From Chlorokybus atmophyticus (lineage: Eukaryota; Plantae; Mesostigma and Chlorokybus algae): 64,000 bases of DNA. The position numbers were made by a program, and so were the translations under genes. Below are positions 34,455-48,059 of the stretch, piece after piece. Position 1 is the first letter of the stretch. Each line of letters begins with the position of its first letter. A model generated the notes under the pieces. That model worked only from the letters and a program-made list of their open reading frames with translations, was not told where the DNA came from and did not search any database. Where the stretch lies: the NCBI GenBank assembly GCA_009103225.1, contig RHPI01003330.1, positions 426,635 through 490,634 on the forward strand, in the 5' to 3' direction.

Positions 34455-37088
34455 TCATGCACTGCTGGCTGGAGGTTCTGCAGCAGGTCCAACTCGTTGT
34501 TCACGCGGGTGCACATTGACGTAGAGCGGGTGCTTGGGTCTCATGACTATACCCGCAGAGTACTCCATCGGCCCATCCGAGACACCCTTTGCTAGCTCAA
34601 AGGTGTACTTCTGGTACAACCGCACCAAAGCAAGCTTGGCCTCCTGCATTGCAAACTTCCACCTGCGGAAACAATTAGCGAGGTTGGCAGGCACAAGGGC
34701 AGGACCTGCAGTGAATCTGCATGCGAGAATACCCAATGATGCTTACCCGATGCACATCCTGGGCCCTGCTCCAAATGGCAGATACGTGTAGGCGGGACGG
34801 TCCTTATCCTCATCAGAACCAGGCCAGAAACGCTCCGGGCGGAAGGCTTCTGGCTCTGGAAAATACTGCTCAAGATGGTGCATCGCATATATTGCTATCA
34901 CCACGACACTGCCAGCAGGGACGGCATAACCACCCAGCTGCGTTGCCTCTATTGCCTGCAAAGACAAACGTTTTGTAAACATGAAAATAGCGCAACCAAG
35001 TGGCAATTCTCAATGCGCGTAAAGATAACTTCAGGGTGTGCCTTCACGCACCTTGCGGATGGCAATAGCGCCTGTTGGGTATAAGCGGAGGGTTTCCTTA
35101 ACAATACACTCAACATAGGGGAACTTGTCCAGGTCATCACAGGAAGGGACAGTATCACGCCCAACCTGGTCGATCTCCTCCAGCATCCTGCAGCAGCTCA
35201 TGTATAAGGTTGACTGTGCTTGTGTTCAGGCATGCTGAACATCTGCCATGAGTGGGAAGGCTCACCGTTTCTCAACAGCAGGATTCTTGCTTATCAGGTA
35301 CAGTGCAAAAGAAAGTGTGTTGGAGGTCGTCTCAAAGCCCGCTTGAATGAACTCAAAAGCCTGTTGCAAGCTGTAAGTCAACAACTGCTCACAAGACTCT
35401 ATATTGACACATATTCTATGTATACCAGCAGTGCCCTACTTGGGACTGCAGCTCAAGTGTGGAGAATGGTCGGCCCGCATGCTTGTTGGTAGACCGCATC
35501 AACATGGTAAGAAAGTCATTCATGTTCTCTGCATTAGGATCACCACGACGAGCTTCAACAATGCGGCGCGCGACCTCGGCTAGGGTATTTTGCGCACGCA
35601 GCACACAGCTCTCTTGCGACCCTTTGAAGCACCGCATCAAATAGAGCACAGGCCTGGCAGCAGAACAAACCGTTGAGAGACAAAGTGACGCAGCAACTAT
35701 GTTTCTGCACCCGTTGATGGACTAGATGCTTACTTGTACAGGCTTGGTGCAAGAATGCCCACCATCGAGGACAGCGGCGGGTTGCTGTTCAGTGATGCGG
35801 AACCCATTATCTGTGTTGTGGCATCTGCGAGTTCCATTGCTGCGCCATCCTGAACCGGACAGTGCTTTAAAGCTCCTTGCTTTGTGCCCATGCATCATGA
35901 AGTACTAAGCTGGTTGCATAATTCACTCACCTGTGCGAAGTCAATACCGAAAGCGCATTCCCCTATGACATGCAGCGTCATTTCTTTGAACCACTCTGAG
36001 ATTGGAACCTGCACTGCATACAGTGAGCGAGACAACCAGCACAAGTCCAGCACCCGCAAACGCAACGACATACCGGTTTTCTGTCCTCGTCTGCTACCGC
36101 AAGCTTCTTTACCAACTGGTCAGCTTTGCGATTCATCACTGGCCCATAGTTCGCAAGCTTCTCTGTATGGAACAATGGTAGAACCGCACTCCTCGCACTC
36201 TCCCAATACTTGCCACTGCAACCGTGTGCATGCATTGAGCAAACAACATGCTGTGTCAGCGTGATAGTCATAGTCGTGCTGCTCTAAACATCCACTTGAC
36301 ATACGTGGAGAGGACAAGACCGAGGAAGGCCATCGGGTTGGCAAGGATAGGCGGGGGCGCGCGATCATGGAAGTTCTTGAAGTTCCGTACGCACACCGTC
36401 TTCACCAGCTCTGGATCTGTTATGCACACCGCGGCGCCTGCGCCTGGACAGTACCGAAACACTGGCCCATACTTCTGTGCCCATTCTCTGCGTAAACGCC
36501 TTTCAGTGAGCATGCGTTGAAACCAACGTTGGAAAACCGCTGCAGATGCCCGCTGCTGTTAGTACTGATGGCAGCTTGCTAAGGCCGCTACCAATGTGCA
36601 CCTGTCGCACCAAGGCATGCGCCAACGCTAACTCACAAACAAGTCACCTCCGGCAAGAGTTCTTTGCGTGCTTCCCCTATCTAATAGCGGCGCAACTGCC
36701 CACATGCACGCATGCATGCATGCGTGCACACATGTGGGCTGCAATTTATATGTTTTTCAACACCTTGCATGTCATATCTACAAATTCAGCACCACATGAT
36801 GATCTCAGTACTGGCAACATTGTTGGTGAACTGAAACTGGGGTACTCACAGATGGCATTCGGGGTATTGCCGTTTGCGCAGCTCGTTCAGGTTCCCAAGT
36901 AGCCACTGTACAGGAGGGCCGGGCAGGTGTCGGAGCCTCCAGGCGCCTCGCCAGCCGTACGCCCACACCAGCGCCGCCACCACCCCGAGGGCGACTGCCG
37001 CCAGCGGCAGCACCGTGCACATCGCAAAAGACACCGGCAGTAGCACCGTCGCCGCAGCAACCGACCCCGCCGCCGCCACCTCCGCCAT
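34455..37088 (-). CDS. Cytochrome P450, CYP711 clan (MAX1/CYP743-type related)
   Basis: TM anchor plus LPGPP; WAQKYGPVFRY; KNFHDR; I-helix QAGFETTSNTL; KETLRLYP; FPEPEAFRPERF; haem motif FGAGPRMCIG; KFAMQEAKLALVRLYQKY. Confidence 0.9.
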
Positions 37089-37504
37089 CCCTGCCGACAA
37101 CAAGCACGACAATGCCAATGCCGACGTGGCAATTCACTACGTACTATGCGCAGCACTATTGTCCACGTAAAGCCCTAAATCGGATGGTTGAGAACAACCC
37201 TTTCGGAAGGTGGCCCAATGACCGTTGACGCCATAAAGTGCTGCTTGCCCGGTGTTGTCGCCACTGCTTAGCTTACACGTGGCGCAAGGCCTCTGGCGAT
37301 TGGCTAGACCAGCATGTGCTGACGTAAAGGTCCTGAGTGAAACTCTGGTTCAAACTACGAGGTGTCGTGTAACCAGCTTAGTTTGACATCTGCTACGTTT
37401 GGCGGGGGGACGAAGTAGGAAAACTGGCGATATCAGGCAGACGTGCTGGTTAAAGAGGGACGGCGTGCGGTTAGGCTTAACCGAGAAGCCTGGTCAGGTG
37501 TAGT

Positions 37505-37581
37505 GCAGCGTGCTTGGCCTGGCGTCATCGTCGTCGTCATCGCAGCGTGCTTGGCCTGGCGGCGTCGTCGTCGTCGTCATC
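37505..37581. repeat. Two ~37-40 bp tandem copies (gcagcgtgcttggcctggcg...tcgtcgtcatc) upstream of the DnaJ gene
   Basis: Read directly. Confidence 0.8.
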
Positions 37582-37692
37582 GTCGGCGGCGGTGGTGGTC
37601 TGGTGGATATTGTGGCTAGCCGAGCTGAAGCGTTATTGCCGTGGCTAGAGCGAACCGTTTACTCGTTGGTGGCTTCATAGGACGGGTGGGAT

Positions 37693-40600
37693 ATGCGGCC
37701 GGTGTGGAAGCTGTCGCTGCTGCTGCTGCTGCTGCTGATCGCGCTGAGCGCTTCTATTGCCGCTGCCGGCAAGGACTACTACAAGGCATGCATGCAATCA
37801 CCTACCCTTCATATTTTTTTCAATCACTTGGTCGTCTCGACTTGTGCAAACTGGACTGAAGTCAGATTAGCCATTGGTACATGTGCTACATATGAAGGCG
37901 TCCGCCTGTAGCCTAGATAACTAGACAACTGTTGATCCACTTGTCAATGTAAGGTAACTTTGCGTTGCCGATTCATTGATGTGGACATTGATATGATTGC
38001 TGCTCAGACAGCAATGGATGTTTCAATCCGTTTCGACGCAGGACTTGGTTGTGCGGTACATCATTCGTATATGTTGCACCAAATATGGTCACACGCTTAT
38101 TCTAATCAGGCAGTTTGTTGCTTTATACACGCATTTTCTATATCAAGGCGTTGAAGTCTTGCGATGCCAATGCCAATGCCATACCTTATGCATGCGGTGC
38201 AGAGCTCTGTGCGCAGCCCTTCGCTACGCTGTGTGCTCGTGCATTCAGTCCCGCCTTTACAGTGTGTCCCACCATCAGCAAAGTGCAGCACTTGCAACGT
38301 GTGCTACAAACAGTATGCAGTACTCAAGCGAAGTTTGTGAAGTGCAGGTCTTGGGCGTTGATAAAAGCGCCAGTGACAGTGATCTGAAGAAAGCTTTTCA
38401 CAGGTGAGCATTGTGCAATGCGATTGTTACGATATTGTCAAACGCTCAACTTAACAAACCTTAAGCCAAGCTATTCTTCACTACTCTTTTTAGGCAATCA
38501 CTCAAGTACCACCCCGACAAGAACAAGAGTCCCGGCGCGCAGCGCAAATTCCAAGAGATTGGTGAAGGTATGCGCATGCACGCACAAAATGCATGCACAA
38601 CATGTTGTACAATTTCCATAATCAACCTCATTCGTAGTCAGCATGCGCTTATCTTCAACCCTGATGCTGTTGATGCAGCTTATGAGGTGCTGAAAGACTC
38701 TGAGAAGCGCCAGATATACGATCAGTATGGTGAGGAAGGCTTAAAGGGTGGTGGTCCCGGCGCGGGCGACTTTGGCGGGGCGTACGAGCAAGGCCCGGCG
38801 GGCGGCGGGTTTGGCGGCTTCGGGGGGTTCCCTGGTGGAGGCGCTGGCGGACGCACTTTCACATTCCAGAGCTCTGGGGGAAGTAAGTTGGTGAAGCAAC
38901 AACTGTGGCATTTCACACCACGTGCAAGGTCCTCAGCGGTGGCTGCCGTGTAATAGGTCCGGGTGGAGGCTTTGGTGGGTTTGGCGGCGGCGATGGGGCC
39001 AGCTTCTTTGAGAGGTGAGAGCGTTGCTCCCTCTGTTGTCACCTTGCGTGGCTACTGTATCCATGTGATGTATTTTGCTTCCGCCTTGGTGTTACTTACA
39101 GCGCATTTGCTGGCGCTGCAGGATGTTTGGTGGGGGCTTCGGCGGTTTTGGTGCGAGCGGTGGAGATCAGCAGCCGCCCCGGAGTCAACAGTTTAGAAGC
39201 CAAGGTATGGATGGTGGCAACACTGCATTGCTGAATGACAACCCATGCTTCGCGTCGTGTACTGAGGTGTGTTGCGGCATGTTATTCCTGTGCAGGTGGC
39301 AACCTGTATGCTGGGTCGAAGGTGGTCACGCCATTGACACACAAGAAGTTTAACAAGGAAGTTGCTGGCTCGGAGACCACGACATGGCTTGTCAAGTTCT
39401 ATCTCAGCTCATGTACGTGGATGCCTTCCAGATTATGTCGTAAGAATGCCAACACTGTGTAGGGGTGCCAACCATGCTGCGTATCAACAGGTGGCCATTG
39501 TCGAGCAGCCAAGCCAGCAGTTGAACAAGTGGCCACGGAGCTCCAAGGCCTCATACGTGTCGGTGTGGTTGATTGTGACGCGCAGCGTGAGTTGTGCCAA
39601 CAGGTAACGTGTGATTAAGCCATGTTGCTACAATCTTTAACCAACAGCTTGAACCATCAGTCGTTGATATGTGGTTGTCAACATGCACAGTAGTGTGAAG
39701 CGTATGTACACCAACATGGGTACACCTCTCTGATGTCGTTGTGACCATTCTGCTGGCTCCTGCAGTATGGCATTGAAGGCGTCCCGCAGTTTGCCATCTT
39801 CCCTGCTGGCAGCAAATCGGCGGATCCTGCGTTCTTCTCCGGAAGCGCGGACTCGTCTGCCCGGCTCAAGAAGTTTGCGCTGAGCCACCTGCCCAACCTG
39901 TCAAAACGGGTGACGGATCGCGCCAGCGTGATCGACGCGCGGCTCAAGGGCGAAGAAGCCTTACGGCAGCCAAGAGTGGTGCTGCTCACGAGCAAAGACC
40001 ACACGCCGCCCATGTGGAAAGCCCTCAGCAGCGAGTATCGCAGCCGCGCGGCGTTCTTTGATGTGCTACGCGTGACTGAAGGCAGCGCGCTGGCGAATGC
40101 GTTCTCGCTGCAGTCGATACCGGCTGTTGTCGGCATCTTGCCCAATCAACGCCAGGTATGCAGGGTGTACACTTATTTCATAGCATGGACATCATCATCA
40201 TCATCGTTGACATTGACATGCACACCGCTCAGAGTATTCATGGCTGGTTCAGGTTGCATATGAAGGGGAGTTGGCGCTGCCAGCGTTGAAGTCTTGGCTG
40301 GATGCGTTGTGCAAGCTTGCAGAAGAGGCGCCGCTGGACGAGGTTTACGTGCTGTCGGCTGCCACCGCCGAGGTGAGCATGGTTATGCTAACCACCAATA
40401 TCATGTTGCATTGCTTTGAAGGCCAACTCAAGAATCTGGTGGCAGGCGGCCTGTCCCCCTGACTCTCCACTCTGCATCGTCGCCATCATGCCAAGAGCGA
40501 GGCAAAGCACAATCGAGTCTGCACGCAGTATCCTCACCGAGGTATGGTATTCAGCGAGGATACAGGCAAACCTGTCACCAACACAGCTTTTCATCAGCTT

Positions 40601-40962
40601 TTCACCCAGCTTCGTAGGACCTCATTGATTGCCTAAAACCTGTGCTTGCAGCTTTTCGTTTGTGCATTGACATATCTTTATTACAACAGGCTTCGCACCA
40701 GGCACGGGCGGGTCAGGGTCCCGTCAAACTATCCGTGCGCTACAGCGTGCTGGACGCGTCGTCGCAGCCGGCATGGGCGCGGGCGTTCGTCGGCAACGAC
40801 CTGAAGCACACCGTCGTGGTGGCGTACAAGCCGCGGAGACTCAAGTTCGCCGTGTCGGACTCTTCCGGCCTGAACGCCCTCGCGCTGGCGGAGTTCGTTG
40901 CGGGGGTGCTCAATGGAGACGTGGCCATGCGGGAGATTGCGGGAGAGCCGCGGCTCGTATGA
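37693..40962 (+). CDS. ER-lumenal J-domain protein with thioredoxin-like domains (ERdj3A/TMS1-like)
   Basis: Signal peptide; KDYYK|VLGVDKSAS..LKKAF; LKYHPDKN; AYEVLKDSEKRQIYDQYGEEG; G/F-rich linker; KFYLSS-CGHC (split across an intron); further Trx-like segments. Confidence 0.92.
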
Positions 40963-41343
40963 GGTGCGGGGTCAGGCGTGTTTTGAAAGAATTGGTTGGT
41001 GGGAACAATTGCTAGTTGGTGGAAGGGGGGAATCAAGACTAGATGGACACACTGCAGTTAAGACAGTGGTTTTCAACATGACAGCACACTTGGTGTGGTA
41101 CATGCTTCTTACGGTTTTGGCAAAACAGTGTGACCATGCCATATTAGTTATATGAAGCTCTGTCCATGCAACGGACTGCCGATTGCATGCTGTTTGAGTT
41201 GGCACCTTGGGAGCGACTCACCTCATCAAAGATATGCACACCTAGCAACTCGCATCAGCACGCTCCACTGATGGCATGCCACGCCTAGCACTACCACAGT
41301 ATCTACACAGGCACGCTATGACAGAAGTTGGTGACATCCAATG

Positions 41344-42808
41344 CTACGAGCCGCCAGCGATGTCTTGGTCTCTTCTGCTGTTGCGCTCAGCAGCGCCCAG
41401 CCCCATGAGCTCGTAAATGCCTTCGTAGACCTGCAAGTGTATGGAAGAAGATTGTGCACATGAACCGCAACCCACGACGCTCAATGCCCGATATACGCTA
41501 CAGCAAGTCATGTAGCAACCTCAGGACTTGACCAAACGCTAGAAAACCGTCAGAACAGCCATGCCATTCTCAGTGACATGTTACGGAGCAAAACTTGCCA
41601 CCGCACACGCCCACAACCGGATGGTGTTGCGCAACTCGTACCAGTTTCAGATGTGCTTTGACTTTAGCAACCTGCGCCGAAGCCTCCTCCACACGCCTGC
41701 CGCAGAGGAGTCGTACCATTTGTCTATTGTTACATACAAACCTGTCCGCACACAACAACATCTCACATCACATCCCAACATGCCCCTTACTGGGCGAGCA
41801 CGTCCTGCCGCCTCGTGGCAACATCAAGCGCTTCCGCCAGTGTCAACTCCACAAAAAAGCCTAGCCCCGCGTCCACGTACAACCTTGACGTATCAGGCCT
41901 GGGAACGAGCGTCATACCCAACATGCACAAGGGTACATCATGAGTACAGAGAAGCACACGCTCACTCACACTTCTGCCTGCATGCGTGTGCCGGCCCCGA
42001 CGTCCACGAGCATGCGCAGCGGCCGCATTGAATCAGCGTCATCATCCCCTTTTCTGGCTTCAAGCAACTCAATGTTGTGCGCGAGGTCGGTGCTGTGTTC
42101 CAATTGGTTTCGGTTTCGTCAAGGGGAGCACTTAAAGTTCGCGATGTTGTCACCGTGGTATTCTTGAAGTGTGCATGTATGCATGCAGGTGAGCAGATGT
42201 ATGCAGGATACAATGTTCGCTGCTGCGCTCGCAAAGCGTCCCTGCACAAGGTGCACATGTTCTTTCATTTGATTTAACTTTGCAGTAAGTCAGGCAACTT
42301 GTTGGGGTGCAACCACACACACACGCGCACATAAGCATTCAACCACACATGCCCACACACGCGCACATGCAGCATAGTAAGTGCTGTGACAGATTTAACA
42401 ACAGCAGATAGCCACGGCGCCAGATCATCTCAGTCCACCAGCGCACAATCAAAAGCAATGCACCTTTCGTGTTGCATTGCAACCCGCCGCCAACATGCAT
42501 GCAACATGGGGTTGTGTGTCTAGTCGGACAACCCTCTCTCCAATCGCTGCTAAGTTACAAGAATGCAACCTTACGACTCTGTAAACACACCGCACCACAG
42601 ACCAAACAATGAAGCCCCCATGCACCAAACCAACAACTCACGCCGTTCAAGTGGATTAGCGCTTTAGAAAATGTGGTGCTAGTAGCTAGCATACAAGCAA
42701 CACGTCCCACCTCTGGGCGGTGGCTTGAATGAGGTCCTGCCTCAAGCGCCCAGCAAACGCCTCGTACTCTCTCGCCTTCGCCGCCGCCTTTTCCGCCGCC
42801 GCCGCCAT
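41344..42808 (-). CDS. UXT: Prefoldin alpha-type subunit, UXT-like
   Basis: KAREYEAFAGRLRQDL; LRMLVDVGAGTRMQAEV|PDTSRLYVDAGLGFFVELTLAEAL; VAKVKAHLKL|VYEGIYEL. Confidence 0.82.
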
Positions 42809-43127
42809 GCACGCAGAGCCTCCGCCTAGCCAACAACATGCATCAGGGCAGTGCCAGTGAGACACTGAGAGGTCTCCTACGCTGGGCTGTGCCAGGAAGT
42901 CAGAGGGTGGTAAGTCTCTCTCTTGATTGCACTGCACTGCTTGATCTGTGTTCAATTACTGTCAAACCCAACAGGCTGAACTCCTGAACAGAGCACGCGG
43001 AGTCCACACACGCTGTCGTTGACGACTGGAAACTGCAACGGGTTCAAGTTTACACATTGTAGCACCCTATGACCACTGGGTACCAACTATCATGCACTAG
43101 CAGCTGTGCAAAGGGCTTACGGGCAAG

Positions 43128-44499
43128 CTACCGACACAAACATTGCTGCAAGGTACTGTCTTTATGCGTGCACACACGAGGCATGGTAATCTGGTTGATG
43201 GCGATATTGGTGTTGGTATGTGGTTGCAACGAGTTGCTGCTCAGTGTCGCAGAATTGCAATCCTTCAGCACAGTGCAATATGAAATGACAACAATTGCGG
43301 TTGCAGCACGCCATGACATTTCATGTTTAGGAAGCCCATCTCTGTTGATGCGCATCACACTGCAAATTGGATCTGTGTATATGGTACACCCTCCCGCCTC
43401 CAAAACAAGAATAAAGTAATGGCGCACTGAGTAGAGCGTATAAAAAAATAATATGAAGGTCGATGCTTGGCGACTGTTGGTTGTATCCACCCTGTATTCA
43501 TCCAAATCACCGGAGCTCCCCCGCAGCACGTTCACCACCAACAATAGTAGGCTTTGACAGGCGATGCGAGTGCTCTTGCATTAACCTGCAAGCAGCAACA
43601 ACAGCAGACCTTCATCAACAATCTGTCTGTACATCAGTTGGCCATCAGTCCACATGTTGGCAGTGCTGAGCTTGAATACTCGCATAGACGCGCACATACA
43701 CACGCACACCAACCTGCAAGCACACAAGAACGGGCAGGCATGCACGCAAGCGTGCTCTCGCACACAGACATACGAACATGTGCGCCCTCGCGACGAAGAC
43801 AAAGAACGCATGCTCGCGTACAGTGCACACATTTGCACACACGCAAGGGCACTTACAGATTGTACTTCTCGCGCTGGGCGCGGAGGAGGTCCTGCGCGGC
43901 GGCCAGCTGCTCCCGCACGGTTTGCTGTCGGTGCTCAAGCACAGCCGCCACCTCCGACGCCATCTCCGCCTGATCAACATAACACAAGCACATAAGAAAA
44001 GCACGCAATCCCCCCCCCCACACACACACACCCACACCCACACATGGACACCGATGACACACACGCACACAAATTATAACGCACTGCACTTGCCTGCCTC
44101 CTCCCAACATTAGCCTGCTCCAAGACCGCCTCCGCCAGGTTCTGCTTGCCGATATTGAGCTCTGGAAGGGGGAGACTCTTAAGCAATCACAAACGAGTAT
44201 CTTCAGTCACTGATATAACAGACAGGAGACACTCAAGCTCACCGTTGGGGTGTTGTGCCATTGGCGTCGGCTGCGTCGGTATCGGCGTGTCGCTCGGCGC
44301 GTTGACAATGCTCTGGATGTCCTCCTGCTTGCTGGTCTTGGCCTTCGCGTCCTCCTTTACGATCACATCTTCGGCATTCAGGTCGAAGTCCTCATCAGAA
44401 CCAGAATTGTCTGCAATGCGTTTGTCAGGTGAGCGCAGTCCAGCTAAGCCACACACTCACGCAGTACATACTCCATGCCCATGCACATACGCACCCACC

Positions 44500-44540
<41 letters not shown>

Positions 44541-44905
44541 CCCCTCTCACCTCCTCTATCAGCAAACGTCTCATCTCCCGGCACGAACTCCACGTCATCG
44601 TAGTCCCCGCTGCCAGCCCCTCCATCCTCCTCCTCGTCTATCACCTCCATGGTGGGGGCGTCCTCGACGGCCAGCAGCCGCCGCGACGCGCTGAACGCGC
44701 GCATGAAGCCGCCCACGGGCCTGGCCTCGACCTGGCAATGGTGGTGGTTGTGGTTGTGGTTGTAATTGGCATGGTTGTTGTTGGCGTCGTTCATGCTGTT
44801 GCTGTGTGCATCGTTGGTGACTGCGGTGAATCTCAGCACCAACCTGGTGCGTTGAGGCGAAGATGAGGGTGAGGGCGAGGAGCAGGAGGAGGGGAAGGAT
44901 GACAT
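43128..44905 (-). CDS. Hypothetical protein: acidic low-complexity N-terminus, coiled coil, hydrophobic C-terminal segments
   Basis: Consecutive spliceable exons (VEARPVGGFMRAF..EEEDGG; DEDFDLNAEDVIVKE; EVAAVLEHRQQTVREQLAAAQDLLRAQREKYNL; YRQIVDEGLLLLLA). No family recognised; 3' end uncertain. Confidence 0.55.
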
Positions 44906-46332
44906 TGCTGCTACGGGTGCGTTGCATGGATGAAGCCATTGACTCTCGGTATTTGGTAACTCTCAACCAGTCTGCGAGTTGCGCCTGTGTGATGCATGGG
45001 CAGTTGAGGGGAGGGGAGGGGCGGTCTGTGAGTCAATCATTGCTTTGTTGTAGATTAACAGGTGGTTTGGATTGTACTTGTAGCTTGGACGTGGGTCAAT
45101 GCGTCCTAGTGAGGACTAATTTGATGCTGGCTGGCAAGGCATGCTGGGCAATGCGCGAGCATTAGACATGTCCTGGATTTGTTGATTCTCTCATAAAACG
45201 CTACGCTTGCATCCCCAAGTTCTGTGCAACGTAACACGCAGATTTCCTTAATTGCACCACAAACCTCACCAACTCCCCCCAAGCAAACCACCAGGCGCTC
45301 CCCTTGGTCTCGTCACTCCAGCACAAGCAATATTAAGTAGATGACTGCACCCCGTCACTTGTCCATTCTCTCCTGTCCCCACACCTTCACACCCTTCTCT
45401 CTCTCTATGGCTCACTCTGTCTCTCACAGCAGCGTTCCCGCCACTGGCGCTGGCGCTGGCGTTGGCGTTGGTGGAGAGCGCACCTGCTGGTCAGTCAGCG
45501 GGGAGAAAGCTTCGCGTAATGCGCGGCGCTAATACAAACCTCAGTATGCCGCGCTGCATGAGAGATATCGCTGTCACAAACCCTAGCTGTGACAAGCGTT
45601 AACCACCGGCGCATTGCCCTGCCATTGACGGCGGCGGCGGCGGCAGGAGAGGACAAGACGAGCCATTGTAAGCCTCAGGGACTGTTTGACGAGTTTATTG
45701 AAGCAAAGGTAAGGCAACATGTTCGTCCCATGAGACTGGCTTGCTGCGCTCATTGTGAGCATGCCGCAATGCGCTTGTGCTATGCACTTCATTTCACCGT
45801 GTTCGCTGCTGGCTGGGCGTGCGCAAACCACTAACCAGCTTGACGCTTCCTCCACACATTGCTTACGTGCCCGAGTGCCATCTGTTGCGTCACTCACTCT
45901 GCCCGAGGATGCAACCTTTTGCTACCTGATCAAACAGCCGCGGCGGGTGCAGCGCAGCAGCGTTCCGCCTCCCTTCGCCTTTCACCGTACTATACTATGT
46001 CGTTATATTCCCTACCGCCCTCATCCGCCCCCTCCCTCGTATTAGTATAATACTTCGCTCGCCTTCGCACGCTGCCCTGCGCTGTGCCTTCCGCGTGCCC
46101 CGCCGTGAGGGATCGAGTTATGAGAGCTGAGGGCTGCTTGTTATGATGAGGCTGTGCACTGTACTGTGTTTATGTGTGTGCATGTGTGTTTGTCTTCTGC
46201 CATTCGTTGCATGCGTACATTTGTTGGTGTTATCGCTGTGTCTCAAGCTTACTGGGTTGTCCTCCAAGCATATTGCTGTAATGCAGGTGGGAGCAGCAAC
46301 CTGCACAGTGTGCGGTGCACAGGCGAGTGTGC

Positions 46333-47706
46333 ATGATGCTGCCAATAGACGAGCATGCGAGCGGGTCTTCGGCGTTGGACAGCGCTTTCCCATCCAGGGA
46401 GACGCTAGACTTGGCATTGATTCCTGGGTGCGGGCCAGTGGACGTCACCAACCGCCCCAGTGATGACGCCATCCTCGCACAGCAGCAGGACATCCGCGCG
46501 GATGTTGAGAGAATGGAGCTTGTTGGCGACAAGGTGTGACAATTGCAGGTCAAAGTGCTGTGAGATCTGTCAAGCTGACGGGAGATTTCGATGTAGATTT
46601 ATTGACATGCTGATGTCAAAACAGGAACCACTGGAAGCATTAGCAGCTGAGTATGATAATGGCAGCAGTGTCTTCCGTGCTCGAATACAGGTAAAGCTTG
46701 AAGAGTCTCGTTACAGTCATGAATGGATGGTTACATGCATGCATGGATGTTTTGCGAAATATCACTTCACGCAGTCACTTTATGGTACGGTTGTTTGGAA
46801 GTCAGTAATAAAACTTCAACATGTGCTGACAGTGATGGCGCACTTTGTGGTCAACTGGCAATCATCAGATGACGCTGCTGCTCTGTCGCTGACACAGAGG
46901 CTTGGCGCTGAGTACAGCGCTTTCCGACGAGTCAGAGGCGACGGCAACTGCTTCTACAGAGGGTTCATGTTTGCATACTTGGTACGTGCCATTCTGATTG
47001 TTGACAGTGTGCATGTTTATGTTCTAAACATGCACATTGCTATGTGTGTGCTTCTCTTCACTTCTGCAAACACACTCCCGCATGAGTTTTGTTGCAACTC
47101 ATTTGTATGCAACAGGAGCACTTCATGCACCAGCAAGACAGCAGTTCCAGCCCGCAGCCAGAACAAGTGCTGGACATAATAAAGCAATCAACAGCCAAGC
47201 TAGTCAGCCACGGTTTTGTCGAATACACATTTGAAGACGAGCAGGCAACCCTCGCAGACTTGCTCGCCAGCGTGAGCCCCCGACACGCTCCGCAGCAGAT
47301 TACCCTCGATGCGCTTGTGCACCGCTTTCGCAACCCGGAGGTCTCCAACGCCGCCGTGATGTTCCTGCGGTTCCTCACGTCGTGCGAGATACACAGTAGA
47401 ACGGACTTCTTTGAGCCGTTCATTGCGGGGATGACCGACAACAACCAGACCGTCGCGCAGTTCTGCAGGGCCTCCGTCGAGGTCATGGGCGAGGAGAGCG
47501 ACCACGTGCACATCACTGCTCTCATTGACGCGCTCAAGCTACCCGTGAGAGTGGCGTATCTGGACGGTGGGATGAGTCATGGACAGGATTTGGCAGAAGT
47601 CACTCAGCATGATTTTCATCCACAGCAGGATGATGGGACGCCAGCACTAGTACCGGAGGTTGTCTTGCTGTACAGGCCTGGGCACTATGACATATTGTAC
47701 AAGTAA
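46333..47706 (+). CDS. Otubain-like OTU deubiquitinase (OTUB1/AtOTU1)
   Basis: RPSDDAILAQQQDIR, RRVRGDGNCFYRGFMFAYL (catalytic D/C), FFEPFI, VEVMGEESDHVHITAL, LLYRPGHYDILY (catalytic H). Start approximate. Confidence 0.95.
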
Positions 47707-48059
47707 CTGCGTCGACTATAGTTGTGTGGCGCTCAGACCCCTCTTGCACAATTGGTGTGAATGCTGCAAGCCAAATGTCGATTACGAGCTGTGTGCTCCA
47801 TTTGTCCCATGTGCACAGCTGCGCTGCAACTTACTCCGTTTGCTGATTGTTGGCCACGTATCATCGTTGGTGATGCACGTACTGTGCAAGTGATTGAATG
47901 AATCACTAACTCACTGTCTGAAAAGAAAAGAACAGCACACCAATGTAATGAATGGATGTCACAACAGCACCATCGATCCTACTAGTATCTACAAGAAAAC
48001 CTTCTGCTGGAATGCTCAGCCAACTACAGCCCAAGGACATCCTCCACACATGCATCCCA

